NCBI RefSeq assembly: GCF_964213995.1
Contig: NC_135803.1
Span: 113,894,001-113,958,000 of the forward strand
DNA: 64,000 bases
Reading direction: 5' to 3'
Origin: Mustelus asterias
Taxonomy: Eukaryota
Both the position numbers and the translations under genes were made by a program. Shown here piece by piece: positions 10,408 to 24,200 of this stretch (position 1 is the first letter of the stretch; the number at the start of each line of letters is the position of its first letter). The notes under the pieces are model-generated. The model was not told the origin of the DNA. It saw nothing but the letters and a program-made list of their open reading frames with translations, and ran no database searches.

Positions 10408-12514
10408 CAGTGTAAATTGCGCTCAAGATTATCAGTATGACATTTGTTGTCATAAAAATTATACAGGATGGCTCTCTCCATTCATCAATGAAACAAAACA
10501 ACTTTTGCTAAGCCTATTTTTTTCCCTCAAGGTACTGGTGCCCCTTTAATGTTGTATTGTTCAATAGGGAACACGGAAGGTAATCTCCATGAGAATTTTG
10601 TTCCTCCATTGATGTCTTTTGAGGTTGATGTTTTTAGACATACAAAGTATTTATACATTTCTGTGCATTAACAGCTGCATGCTTTATTAAATCCATGTAG
10701 TTTCGGCACTAGAGCTAGACTCTAAAGCCTAGAAACACCAGCCTCTCCCACCTTTGAAGTAACCTACTTTGGCAACTCAAACACCGGGGGGAGGAGGAGG
10801 GGGGGATGTCACATGATACAATGCATTTTGTCCAGGCTGACAATCCTTCCAGGCTGTAGGCAACATTAGCTTGAGCTGTCCCTCCACATCAGCGTCACAT
10901 TAGCATGGTTTTCTGAACATAACAAATAGAATAATTTGAGCATAGCCGGATAATACTTCCATCGGATCACAGTGCATTTTAAGCTGCATGGTCCTTACCT
11001 ATTTTTACAATTATCTTTTGATTGATTTTTGGTAAAAAAGAATGTACACCAAAATAAATCTATGCATTATTACAGAGGTATTTTCAATAACTGCATGGCA
11101 GCAAAGCACAATATGATGGATTATTTCCATCTGAAGACAAGGCAATTGACAGGAGCGTAACCTTTGCCAAATCATAATCAAAAGGTACAGTGGATTATCC
11201 CAGCAAATTATCCAATGGGTAGTAAATGAGTTTGACGTCTAATTCTAAATTCCTATTTGTGGAGCCCAGTCCCTGGAGAAGTAACTTGGTTATTGCTCAG
11301 TAATGTAGATCATTCATTTACATTCTCGAGAGGCACATATTTCAATAACGTATTAAGTCACTATGAGTAAATTGACAATTTGGGAAATTTCCGATTCATT
11401 AGCATACAATTTTGGCTTCAATGAGAATAATGTCAACAAATTGAGATGCACGACTCTGAAATAGGGGCATCATTATAGCTATCAAAAGAAAATAGATTGA
11501 ACAGAACTACGTGTTGGGTAACACAGCTGATGTTGCACTATAAAACAGCAATTTAGGAACAGCCGTTCAAAGAGCTGGAAGTAAACCTGCATTTTTGAGT
11601 TAAGATTTGGTGAATTGGGGATCAATTCGCATTCAGTTTAGGATCTGGAATATTCTAAACCTGAACCCAGAAATCACAATTAAATTATAGGTTATTTGCT
11701 GCTGACACTAATAGAAGGAGAATCTACAGCAAATCATGATGGTGTGCCAACAGCATCAGTGGTTTGAGAGAATAATGATGCTGTGCGCTTGCAGTAAAGT
11801 AATTAGTGGAATGGATTTCCAGACTATGCATAACCCAAGAAAATGCATGTTGCATACTGAATGCAGAAATGCTTACATGTGTTATTTTAAATTACACTTC
11901 AACTGCTTTTGATATTTCTATGCCCTCGTGGTCTCCAACCTCTTGCGGAATTATTTGACATGAAAGCATCAAATTTATGACATTGGATCATTCCCAATTA
12001 GCAGATTTTTTTAAGATTTAAAAACAAGAGAAAAATTACAGGACATTAGGGAATAGAGTTGAAACTATGATATTAATATTTTTAAAACCTCAGCTTGGAA
12101 ATTATTTGACCGCTTCAGCAATCATTCAAAATTCCTTCTTATCCTCTGTTAACAGTGGCATTATCCAATTTAACACATCCCTTAAAATAACAGAAACAGG
12201 AATGTGACAGGAGCATCTGCAGTGCTTGTACGGCATTAGAAATGAAGGGCCTGCCTTAGATATTCTCTTGAGGAGAAGCGTGGTTCAAGTAGTTTATATT
12301 CAATGTGTATTAATGCTGCCCTACATGTAATTATATGGTAGCCTCAGTCAGGATGTAAACATTCTTGTGATCTGGACAAAAATATTATGGTGTCATTTTG
12401 GCTTTGTGCGATGGTTTAAAAAGGGTGATAGTGAGTCACCAGTTCATTCTGCATCTCTCCAAATTTAACAAATTAAAAACAGTTTGGAGAACGTGAATCT
12501 GAATACCATTTTTG

Positions 12515-12785
12515 GAATCTCGATAATTTTAGAATGAAGGGACAATTCAGGTTGACAAATATAATAGGAAATCCAAGCAATCTTTCAATAAAGATATGGT
12601 AAACATGTGGTACTCATGACCAACAAAGATGGTGAAACAAGATACTTTGACTGGTTACAAAAAGGCAATGGAAAAGTTCCTGTCAGTAAATCAGATTTAG
12701 CTATGTATTAATGAAGTTGGGTGGGTGGGCTAGATGTATCAAGGATTTTATTGAATTTGATTATATGTTGCCATGACCACCCTAC
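12515..12785 (+). mobile_element. Old CR1 3' end remnant
   Basis: AGAATGAAGGGACA..AGGAAATCCAAGCAATCTTTCAAT..GGTAAACATGTGG pattern corresponding to the CR1 RGH..F..RVV..WN region. Confidence 0.5.
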
Positions 12786-13499
12786 ATATCTACTGCAATG
12801 GGGGAGGAGTGAGAGAGAGCATTTATTTTAATCTTAAACCTTTATAGATTTGTGCTTGCACACTTAAGCTTATCTTAATTGTCCAAGTTAAACAATCTGC
12901 TTGGATCAATTTTCCCCATGCTTGGATCTTAAAAATATATTCAAATTTGAGCCTTATCTTCATAACTTAGAGCTTTATGTCCGAGGTTCATGCCTCTTAC
13001 TCCTTTCCAAACCCCACAATGTTTTGCCTGAAATGTCATGATATTCTCCCGTCAGCAAATTGAAACAAATTACTTTAACCTGAAATAATACTTAGAATTA
13101 AACCAAAATAATCTATTTCAATTAGTAATGACACTGCCATGATGGAGTGTATCTTCCCTGCCTTTGGTGTGTGGCAAGAATTCATGCGTGTTGACTGCCA
13201 GTCATGCGCTGTTGTCTCTAGTTTGCACCTACAAGAAAGATTGAAGTGTGTCAGCAAATGTGATGCAATTTGTTTGAGTGATGTTCCTGTCGTAGTTGAG
13301 CAGCTGCAGTGTGTATCTGCTGGAAGACATGGGTGTGAGGTTTGCAGCAGTGCTAAGTATGTGAGGGTGAGGTGAAGCTACGAATGTGAACTGTGAGTCA
13401 TGGTTGCTAGGTAAGTGAAGGAGCTAAAGGAAAATGGGGCAGTGTATGGGTAGTGGTTCATTTGTAGGGATCTGGAATTTGAAGTTGCATTCATTGACC

Positions 13500-13700
13500 A
13501 CTTCTGAGGTCATTGAAGTTCCTCTTGCATCACATCCAGATTCTCGGGGCTTCACTGCTTGCATTGATAGCAATGGTTGTCTGTTCCTGCTCTGCTGTCT
13601 GTTTGGCGGGCCCCTGTGGATAGAGCACCTCACTCCTCCTGTTCACCTGCTGCCTGCATCACAGCCTCCAGTGCTGCATTAGAGAACCTGCATTCTCCAC
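13500..13700 (-). pseudogene. Myb/SANT-like (Harbinger ORF) remnant
   Basis: Minus strand RFSNAALEAVMQAAG..VLYPQGPAK resembles the PRFS.AALE.LV..V....VLYP start of Harbinger Myb/SANT proteins; contains stops and frameshifts. Confidence 0.45.
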
Positions 13701-14124
13701 TGTTCAGTCTTCTGGCAGGTATATCCAGAACTTGCTGCAGCCATAATACCTTTAAGAGGCGTGGGCTGACTTCAGGTAGTGCAGCCTAGCTTTAGGTGAT
13801 GCTAACATCACACAAATTTGGGCACCCTACAGAGTTGTATAGCCACTAAGCAGCACATTTAGTGCTGGGATACACAGTATTATCATTTAAATTATCATGT
13901 AGCAGGGAGGTTATGCTCTCAAGCTATTTCCAATTTCTTTATAAAATAAATTGAGCTTTGAAAATGGAACCTTAGGTAGAATAAAAACAAGATTGAAGTA
14001 ATCTAAATAGAATCGTGAGAAAAAAAAGGAAAAGACCACAGCATATTCACACTTGCAAATAAACTCTATTTAAATTTATTTTTCAGATTTTATTTTTATA
14101 GTATATGGTTAGGTAATGTTACAG

Positions 14125-14316
14125 ACATTGGCCATGCAAAGTTGCGCCTGAGTGTCCAAAGATGTGTAGCTTAGGTTGATTAGCCATGGTAAATTCATGG
14201 GGCTACAAGGATAAGGTAGAGGGGAGAGTCTGGGTGTGATGCTCCTTCAGAGGGTCGTTGCAGATTTGATGGGTTGGATGGTCTGTTTCTGCACTGTCGG
14301 GATTCTGTGGTTCTAT
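14125..14316 (+). mobile_element. HE1 SINE 3' part
   Basis: GTCCAAAGATGTGTAGCTTAGGTTGATTAGCCATG..TCTGCACTGTCGGGATTCTGTG tail. Confidence 0.65.
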
Positions 14317-14943
14317 AGAGAGAGCAGGATAGTTCCTGCTGTTCCCATCCCTTGACTGACCAAAGACAGATGTGTTTTAAAAAAGGAAATATCCGAACCT
14401 CCTGAGTGCTGTGACTGTTGAAAAGAGACAACAACAGGTTTTTTTGGAAGTTTTTAAAAAGGACACATGTTACTGCACACCCAAAATGTATTCACAACAG
14501 CATCTCACACATGTACATAGACACACACTCATTCAAGAACAGGTCATTATAAATGAAGTAGCATGCATTTAGGTCTTAAAAATCCAAAAGATCACCCTTT
14601 CTTCTCTGAAGATGAAGGCTTGAAACAGTTCAGACGTATGGCCAGGAATTTTACCGCCCCGCCCACCACGGGTGGGATTTTACGGTTTTGAGACGAGCGA
14701 GGCCGTAAAAGCCCGCCCATGATTTCTTTTTGGTCCACTGAAGAAATAGAGCTTGGAGGTTTCTGGAGGTGGATTTGCAGTAGCTTACTTCTTGCAGTAG
14801 CATGATTCTCTGGCATCTCTCCAGTTGAGGTGTAGTCAAACCCCTGCAGCAAGAACCTGGCTTGCTTCCTCCAATAGTTAGGCAACTTATTTTGATAGAT
14901 CTCAAGCAGGATTCTGTTCTTTCCTGATCTAGATCCATTTTAA

Positions 14944-15095
14944 TAAGAACATAAGAACATAAGGACTAGGAGCAGGAGTAGGCCATCTGGCCCCTCGAGC
15001 CTGCTCCGCCATTCAATAAGATCATGGCTGATCTTTTTGTGGACTCAGCTCCACTTACCCACCCTCTCACCATCACCCTTAATTCCTTTACTGTT
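14944..15095 (-). mobile_element. CR1 3' tail fragment
   Basis: (CATAAGAA)n tail followed by AGGAGCAGGAGTAGGCCATCTGGCCCCTCGAGCCTGCTCCGCCATTC. Confidence 0.85.
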
Positions 15096-16439
15096 TTCTC
15101 TTTTCTGGGTCCAAAAATGTGTCTTTGTAAAAACCCTTCTCATAAACCTGGCTTTGAAATGTGACCATGATATCTGCTTTTCATTGTCCCCACAAACAGT
15201 CTCTGATGGTTTGGCCATTGGCATATAATAGTCTTCAAGTTTCGCCCATTTATATATCCTTGTGATAGAATATTTTTCCACGCTCATTCTTTGGAATTCA
15301 ACCCACGGCTGAGAAGCCTGCAAGTCCATTGTGAACTAGTTTCTAAAGTTATTTGAATGAGGGCAATCATTAATCTGATAGGAAAGATGTGTCCAATACC
15401 CATCTTGTTTTAAGGTAAAATGTTCATTTCAAATAAATCTGTGAGTCCATTTTGACTGAGTGTGAAAATAATTGCTTTGGAAAAAATGAGCCCCGACAGT
15501 CTCTCCCTAAAACATTAGTATTCATTACAGCGTCACATGTTTCACTAAGTAAGTCTTTCACAGTATCGCTAAATAAAATAATGAAGCATGAGTGGTTGCA
15601 AATATGTAACACTTTGTAATCTTGTTAATAGTAAACCATAGTAATAAATAGCAGTGATATGTTACTTTCTCTTATTAGATTTACCAGTTTTATTACAAAA
15701 AATATATAAAAGATCAAAAGGTAGATATAAATCCAGTGTTTTAAATACAATGACTGAATCTTCCTGACTTATAAATTTCTCAGACATTTGAACAACTCCC
15801 AGGTCACTAGCACCCCCACCCTGCTCCTCGCCCCACTGCCAGACATGCCGTTCACACCCCACTGCCACTGCAAGCAAGGATGGTGGAATTGGCACTCCAT
15901 TCTGCTGCGGGACCAGAAAATCCAGCCGGCATGTACGGTCGGAAAAATCCTCCCCGTGATCTTATCACAGGTGACCAATTAGCAGCCACCCACATATACA
16001 TTGGCCAATTCAAGATGGCAGACAGGAGAACAGGTCAGCAGCTCCACTCACAATGCTGTGTTTAAAGGGGCTCGTACGGTATGCCCTCCACTCCAAAAAT
16101 AATTCGCTCTCTCAAAAATAACCATTGATGTTTCACCAATCTGCTTTGGCTCTCCCACTGGTCTTGGAGAAATGATGTAACCATGGCAATTCATTTGTTT
16201 TGAGCCCTCATGGTCTGTCTTGGACTTCCCGCTGATTTATGCTGGACTAAGATGTGTCCATTACCCATCTTGTTTTAAGGTAAAATGTTCATTTCAAGTA
16301 AGCCTGTTCAAGTTGGACTATCGCAACTGAGGGAGAGTGTTGTTCTCATTATTTCCCCCTAACATTCACAAGGAAAGGAATAACTTAATACACTGACTCA
16401 GGCTCATCCTTAGATTCTACTTTGTTTACATCTCTTCAC

Positions 16440-16720
16440 ATGGTGGCACAGTGGTTAACACTGCTGCCTCGATTCCTGGCTTGGGTCACTGTCTGTGCAG
16501 AGTCTGTATGTTCTCCCCGTGTCTGCGTGGGTTTCCTCCGGGTGCTTCAGTTTCCTCCCACAGTCTGAAAGACGTGCTGGTTAGGTGCATTGGCCATGCT
16601 AAATTCTCCCTCAGTGTACCCGAACAGGCACCGGAGTGTGGCGACTAGAGAATTTTCACAGCAGCTTCATTGCAGTGTTAATGTAAGCCTACTTGTGACA
16701 CTAATAAATAAACTTTAAAA
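16440..16720 (+). mobile_element. V-SINE, alternative-tail subfamily
   Basis: Partly deleted tRNA head, V-domain, tail TTCATTGCAGTGTTAATGTAAGCCTACTTGTGACACTAATAAATAAAC. Confidence 0.85.
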
Positions 16721-17850
16721 ACTATATTTTTACTGTTGCACTATAACTTGCTGTTATGTTTTATATCTGAAGTTATAATTTTTGCAGGTCCTTCTTTGAA
16801 CCTGTATTCATCCTCTGCTGGTTCTATATATTCTGTATTCATCCCAGTGAACTGGGTCACCTTCTTCACTGTAGAATTATACTTATTATTACTCCCTTCT
16901 TTTTGGATCTGATTAATTTGCTGATCCATGTAGCGCTGACCTGATCCTTGCCATTTTGTCCCTTTGTTGACCTGAACTCTGTCAGTGCAGCGTAATGATG
17001 GCTGCCACTTATGGTTTTGACTCTTCGAATGTCATGAGCTTCTGACACAGCGTGGAACCCCTAACACATTCATAAAATTTCACTGCATTGGTGAAATAAT
17101 GACGAACTGAAGTCTGAACTACCCTAATTGGCTACATCCCATTTCTGGGCAGATACCGTGGCAGCTGAGAGGGCACTTCAGGGAAAACATACATGGAGGG
17201 AGGAACATGCCGGGGAGTGTTTCTTTTCTGATTTTCCATGCTTCCCTGCCTCCACAGCCGCCTCCAGGCAGCCGGAAGAATTCAGGCCGATGAATGTGAA
17301 AATTGAGTGCTTTCTATAATTGGCACGCGATCCATAAAGTGAGTTTTACAGTTAGATGGCGATTAGAAAATCTACCCTCAGGTATTCACGAAGAAATGAA
17401 GAAGAGAATGACAACCATCAATATTCTCTCCAATGGTTGCACGAAGTACTACTGAAAAAGACCCAACAACCTAATCTGGTATAACCGTTTGATTACATCA
17501 TCATAATTTTTTTCGTATATTAAAAATATTTTCTTTGAGAGTTCATCACTAACAAATAGTATGAAGAAATAGCACTAAGCAGTGAAATTGCAGTGTGTAC
17601 ATCAAATTTATGCACATTGTAACAAAATTGTGACAGTGAGTCTAATTTATAATTTAATCCAAAACAATGTTGTGGTTTTCTGAACAGGAATCTTACTGTT
17701 GCACCATCTAATGGTGTAACAGGCGGATTTTGTGCAATTTATTTGATGCATGTACAAAAATGAGCTTATATAGACAAAACGTGTGAGTAAATTCATCATA
17801 TCACACTGTACTGTCTATATTAAACATTTTATATTCTATCTTAAGTACAT

Positions 17851-18077
17851 AGGCCTGAATATTTTAGATGGCGAGTCTTGGGACACAGCCCTGCCAACTC
17901 TGACTGCCCCCGCAGCCAACTTACGCTCCAACAGGCATTGACTGTCTCCAGGCAGGACTTTGCCCCTCACTCAGGAGGAAGTCCCGCCTTGGAGAGCTGC
18001 CAGCCAATCTGATTAGTCCTCAACTGGGGCAAGGGCGTGCTTCCGATCTGAGGCCTTGCCTGTTGCAGTGTAAAATT
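17851..18077. mobile_element. Harbinger-type MITE
   Basis: GGCCTGAATATTTT...GTAAAATT termini; internal GGCAGGACTT / AAGTCCCGCC inverted repeat. Confidence 0.5.
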
Positions 18078-18559
18078 GTTGTGTGGTTGGAGCGGGAACA
18101 CAGAGAGAATCTTGTCCCTGTTATTTCACACCAAACCCCACCACCCCCACCCCACCTTAAAATTCGATGGTGGGGGAGTAATATTTCAGCCATATTTGCA
18201 TGAAGGAAATCATTTCATTTCATTTTCTGCCTTTCCTCTCAAGAGGAATCATTTGGGATGTGATTGTGGTCTTTCCCTGCCCATGGCCCTATCGTTTCAG
18301 CTCAGGGGTATTGGCTCTGATATAACACTGATGTGCCACCTCCACTGGGCTGCTTGGTTCAATGTTCAATAGGAGGCCATTTCAATGTTGGGAAGATGCT
18401 GCCAAAATCCTTCCCTTTTCCATTGGTGTCACTTCCTGGAAGATCCTTAGAATTCTATAATTTAGGGATGCAGGGTGGGCCATCTCACCCTGGACTGTGA
18501 GGAATAGTGAACATATATTTGTTAAAGAAAAATATATGTGAACAACTATTTGATGAAAG

Positions 18560-19435
18560 ACTTATCTTAACCACGATATTTATATGGCCAGTCTAATTCA
18601 GCTTCTGCTCATTAGAAACTCCCAGGATGTTAATTGAATGTCAAAGGGAGAAGGTGGGTACGTTCTCTCCTTGTGGAGATGGTCATTGCCTAGCAAAGTT
18701 TATTTATTAGTCACAAGTAAGGCCTACATTAATGCTGCAATGAAGTTACTGTGAAATTCCCCTAGTCACCACACTCCGGTGCCTGTTTGGGTCAATGCAC
18801 CTAACTGGCACGTCTTTCTGACTGTGGGAGGAAACCGGAGCACTCGGAGGAAACCCACGCGGACACGGGGAGAACGTGCAAACTCCACACAGACAGTGAA
18901 CCACGGCCAGGAATTGGACCCGGGTCCCTCGCACTGTGAGGCAGCAGTGCTAACCACTGTGCCACTGTGTCACCCATAGCACTTGTGTGATGTGAATGTT
19001 ACTTGCTACTTATTAGTCAAGCCTGAATGTTGTTGAGGACCTGCTGCACAAGGACTGCTTCATTAGCTAAGGTATTGCGAATAGCACTGAACACTCTGCA
19101 ATCATCAATGAACATTCCTATTCTCACCTTATGCTGGAGGGAAGGTCATTGATGAAGCAGCTAAGGATAGATGGGCCTCCTGCACTGATGACCTAGGACT
19201 GAGATGAATGGCTTCCAATAACCACAACTATCTTCCTTTCTACTAGGTGCGACTCCAGAGTTTTCCCCCGATTCCCACTGACTCAAGTTTTGCCAAGGCT
19301 TCTTGATGCCATACTTGGCCAAGTGCTGCCTCAACATCAGGGAAATCAGCCTCACCTAAACTCTTGCTTTCAGCTCTGTTGTCTATATTCGACAGAGGCA
19401 GTAATGAGGTCAGGAGCCAAATGACCCTGATGGAA
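18560..19435 (-). mobile_element. Old LINE (L2/CR1-group) RT fragment interrupted by a SINE
   Basis: Minus strand reads VRLISLMLRQHLAKYGIKKPWQNL.. (DI..AF.RVWH..L..L motif with frameshifts) and FINDLPS. Confidence 0.6.
18697..18975 (-). mobile_element. V-SINE, alternative-tail subfamily
   Basis: Reverse complement of tRNA head, V-domain and ..GTGACTAATAAATAAAC tail. Confidence 0.85.
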
Positions 19436-19837
19436 CTAGTACAATATGAGATGAGGAGTTACTTCAGACGCTAAAACTACTTCCACATTGAGAAAATGGA
19501 AGCTTCCTTTAAAAATTACATAGCAGTTTGCTATGATACAAAAGAAAATGTTTGTGAAATTAGTAGTGAGAATTAATCAAATTAAAATTGTCACTGAGAA
19601 TGAGTTTAAAAATCACGCAGAGAGAAAATAGATAAGCATTTGAAGTAGAAGAAGATATAATACTGCTGGAGCAAGGAGTTGGTAAAGGATGGTGGGCCAA
19701 ATGATCTTGTGTATATTTCTTTGGTTTGATTTAAATATTCATTGATGTTTCTTCCAAGATGTATTGAGGTTTCTCATCAGCTTGGATATGTAATGAAACC
19801 GTACCAATTAGACAACTTCTTGTGCCGAATGTGCTCT

Positions 19838-20356
19838 TTTTAAATTCATGTGATGTGGGCTTTACTGGTTAGACCAACAATCATTGTCCATCCCGAATTG
19901 CTATGGATAAAGTTGAAGTGAGCCGCCTTCTTGAACTGCTGTAGTCCATATGGTGTAGTTACACCCACAGTGCTGTCGGGGAAGGAATTTCAGGATTTTG
20001 ACCCAGCGACAGCGAAGGAATGGCGATATATTGTCAGTCAGGTTGGTAAGGGGCTTGGAGAGGAGCTTCCAGGCGGTGGTGTTCCCAGATATCTGCCGCC
20101 CTTGTCCTTCTAGATGGTAGCAGTTGTGGGTTTGGAACTTCCTATCTAAGAAACCATGGTGAGTTCCTGCAACGTATCTCGTGGATGATACGCATGGCTG
20201 CCACTGTGCGTCGGTGGTGGAGGGAGTGAATGTTTGTGGATATGGTGCCAATCAAGCTGGCTGCTTTGTCCTGGATGGTGTCCAGCTTCTTGATTGTTGT
20301 TGGAGCTGCACTATCCAGACAAGTGGAGAATATTCCATCACAGTTCTGACTTGTGT
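19838..20356 (-). mobile_element. Old LINE 3' end (same family as 18560-19435 and 50297-50590)
   Basis: GTGAGCCGCCTTCTTGAACTGCTGTAGTCC..GGAAGGAATTTCAGGATTTTGACCCAGCGACAG shared with 50380-50480. Confidence 0.65.
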
Positions 20357-20359
20357 CCT

Positions 20360-20487
20360 AGGAACAAACAGGAAAGTGGAGTTGAGACCATAATCAGATC
20401 AGCCATTATCTTATCAAATGGCAGTGAAAGCTCAAGGGCCAGTGGCCTACTCCTGCTCCTAATAGGTATGTTCATATGTACGTATGA
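20360..20487 (+). mobile_element. CR1 3' tail fragment
   Basis: GGAAAGTGGAGTTGAG..ATCAGATCAGCCAT..TGGCCTACTCCTGCTCCTAAT..TATGTTCATATG. Confidence 0.7.
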
Positions 20488-21269
20488 GTGCAACTGGTGA
20501 TTAATTGGCGACTGAAGGGTCTCAATTGCCCTCAAGATGTGAAGGTTGCCCTCGACTTTATCAGGGGAAGTCAGGAATATGATGGCACTCCGCTCTCAGA
20601 CATTCCCTCCTGATTCTACAGTTCTGTGCTTCTCCACACCTCACTACACTGCACCAGTAGCCCCCACCACCCCCCACCACCCCCCGCCCGCCCCCCGCCG
20701 CCCCCACCCTCCCTCCCACAGTATCTTCTGTTGATGAGAAGTTTAATAAGTTGTTATCTTGCAAATCACTATCCCACGAATGGAAGTTACCAGTGTGGCA
20801 TTATTAAAATATTTTTTTTCTTAATTCTCAGATCTACCTCCCATCTGTAACTGCAATGATAATGACTGTATAAATGCCACTGCTTCAACAATACTACAAT
20901 ACTCTAGTATTGCACTTACTGTACCATGTTGGACAGTATAGTTGCTGTTGTAATCAGCTAACATTCTTTCTATAGACATTCTTCTCCTTCTAGCCCCAGC
21001 AGGACAATACTGCTCCTTTAACGTTGATGCATTAGTCTCAAATGTAAGTAAAATTCTTCAGTACTGCTCCATGCAAGCCCCAATTTAATATAGACTTATA
21101 GGCTAGTCTAGAAGTCAATAACTATTTAATGTGCTCATTAACCCAGCCAGGGTTCAGACTACTATATAATCAGAATAATGTTACTATACACATATGTACT
21201 AAGCTGGTTTCTTTGAACTGCAACAGTAATAGTACAGTCCAAAGCCTTAATGTACAGAAGATAATTCTA

Positions 21270-24200
21270 TCTATGATGATCACAATTATTTTGGTTGGCA
21301 TCCCTTCAATAAATTTAGATTTATTTACACAGTAAGCAACACTGAAACAGAGTTATATAACAGAGTTGTACAGAGTATAAACCCGGATTGTTAGTAACCC
21401 TGACACTCCACATTATGTACACATGCAGGGCTCCCTGATTGGACAAGCCATTACTGCCTTAATCTTGGAGCTCATATTCTAAGAAGCCCACATCGTGGGC
21501 TTCATTAGTCATTATATCCCTCTACCCCCACCCTAGATCCAAGGAACCTCTGTGGTTCCATTCCAGACTCAGAGGTTCCAAAGACTGGAGATGGTGAGTG
21601 GGAGCTGGCGGGTCCCAGAAGTCTTTCCAAGGCTCCTCAGCATGCCTTTCCACCCTTCCCCCCAGGTTCAGGAAGACCAGGATCAACCTCGTGCGGCGTT
21701 GTCTGCCTATAATCCAGATCAGAAACTCCAAGATGTATAATGAGACCAGCCTAGACCATACGTTTTGCGCTTTGAACTTTGGCATGGGTAAGTATGAGAT
21801 GGTTCACTCCAGGTATGATTCAAATGACCTACTAGGGAGCTTTTATCAAACAAAGTTTAGAATCCAGTTAACATACAATAAGACAATTAGAAATAAATTT
21901 TACCAATTACAAACAAAAAAAACAACCATAATATTGTATAAACCTCAACAGCTAAGAAAGCTGTTCCAACACAAACACCCTGACAAACATACACTCCAGT
22001 TTTAGGCTTAGCACAGAAAGTAAATATGCTCATGTGATGCTGGATTTTGCAGCTTTGCAATGCGTGCTGTGGTATGGGACTGAACTCTGACTTCCTCGTC
22101 CTGGAACTCCCAACAAGGTAGAGATAGAACCACTGCTTGCCTCTAGCATTTAGCGAGCAAACCATCGACACCAAAATTTTCCCTCCAGAGACAAGAAAGT
22201 TTGCTCCCAGTCTGCAGTCCAAACAGCTTTTAACTAGCCAGCAGCCAGCAGAATTTCCAATACCAGGGAGAGAGACATAAACACTTTTTTCTGACTGGAG
22301 CCCAACAGCTTCTGCCCAAACTAAAAGCAAAGAAGAGTAAAGAGCTCTGAATTTTCTTCAAAGTACCACCTGACCATGACCTGTCAATCAACCTTCCCCA
22401 AACAATTCGAAAAGGTTGTAAAATGCCAGGATATTGCATTAGGCCCAGGTTAAAAATAAACAAAAGGTCCATTATATCATTTTAGCAGCAATACAAGGAC
22501 ATCTACTCAGGCAGCGCAGTGCCACAATGAAAAAAAAGCAGGACTACTTATAACTGCACAGATCAAGCTTAAAATTCCTTTCTTAAAGGCACAGTAATGT
22601 CACACATGACGCATATCAAGTTTCAAGAAGGAAGCTTTGTATATAAATCTCGACCCGAGGGATCGGGTATTTATCCAGCTGTGAGCAACGGTTAACTATT
22701 TGTTTAAAATCCCCACAAAAGCGGACTGATCCATCTGGCTTCAAAATTGATATGACCGGTGCTGTCCATTGTTCTGCAAATTGGGCTGGTTTGATGATCC
22801 CTTCACAGTCCAGTCAGTCTTTGGATTTCTGCTTCAACTTTTTCCGTAGGGCAAATGGAAAATTGCATAAGGCATTGCAAAATTGCAGAATCACTTCCTA
22901 GTCAACATGTAAGGTTGTTTTGGCTCCTTTGATAGTCCCTACACCCTCCTGGAAAACTTCAGGGTATTTAAGTAGGACTTCACTAAAGCAGTCATTCTCT
23001 AGCTGAAAGATGTTGAGCCAATCTAGGTGGATCTCTCACAACCAATTTCGTCACATTAGGCTTGGCCCTGAGTCCTCCACTGCAATCATTGGTAAGCGAA
23101 CTAGCTGCCTTTCATAGGTGACAGGGACAGAGGCTGTACCTACAATTCGCATAGGTTCCCCTGTATAGTTTCTCAGCCTTGCTGAGATCTTGAGTAAAGT
23201 TAAGCACTGGAGTCCAGATCAAATTTTATGAAACACTGATTCTCCAAGCACCGATATGGTTGTACCGGTATCAACCTCCACTAGTACCGGATGTCCATTT
23301 AACTATACCTTTATCTTGATTGGGTCTGTTTGGTCATCGATGTGCAATTTAATTGTTCTAAATCAGATGTAGGTGGACTTTCCAGTGTGTGAACTCTCCT
23401 GGATTCTGGTCTATGAGTTGTTTTTCTAAATCTATGTCTAGTAGGATTTTGCTGTTTTGACTCCGCATATCGGCAACAGTTACAATGCACTAGCAGGTGG
23501 AATTCTGAATGAACTTGTAACTGTTTGGTCGAGATTAAACTTTGCTTTGTGGCTGTGCTGTGGGAAGACCTGGAGTTAAGTGTATCTCAATACTTCTAAA
23601 GTAAGGCTATGTAATTGCCTACACTCAAGTACTGGTATCCAAACTGTCAGACTGGCATGGGTGTCCACTTCCGTTGAGATGCCTTGCAACTCATATCCTC
23701 CACTTGCAGCATTTTCCAATCATAGTGCCTGTTTGAAGTCGAGTTGAGCTTCAGCTAATAGGCATTTTTGAATAGTTGCGTCATTAATCCTGCGTACCAG
23801 ATTGTCTCTAAGCATCTCATTAAGGGTTAAACCAAATTCACATGCTTCTGCCAGTCATCTGAGCCGAGTTAGGAAACCCGTAACAGGTTCCCCTGGCTCT
23901 CGGATTACCGAGTAAAAATGATAATGTCCCAGAAGACATTAGAGGTGGCTTGGGGCTGTATTATTCTCTAACTAGTTCAGTCAATTCTTGAAAGATTTTA
24001 GTATCCGATGCCTCAGTGAAAATTAAGCTCCAAATGAGAGCAAATGCTGAAATGCCACAGGAGTCAGGAGAATTACCTGTTGTTTTTTGTCTGCCATGAT
24101 GTCATTTACCTGAACAAAGTAATGCAAGCATTCCACATGTTAGACCCAGTCCTCGAATGAGTCTAGTCTTCCAAACAAAGGCATGGTGCGTAAGAATGGC

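Noticed and set aside
10568-10579. Possible 12-nt microexon (AG|GGAACACGGAAG|GTAATC)
   Set aside because: Too short to distinguish from chance without RNA data.
14606-14630. CTGAAGA...GAAAC as a fourth hammerhead
   Set aside because: No convincing stem II or stem III pairing.
16741-17060. Minus-strand protein-like ORFs (MDQQINQIQKEG..)
   Set aside because: Short overlapping frames, no recognisable domain and no consistent splice-site pair.
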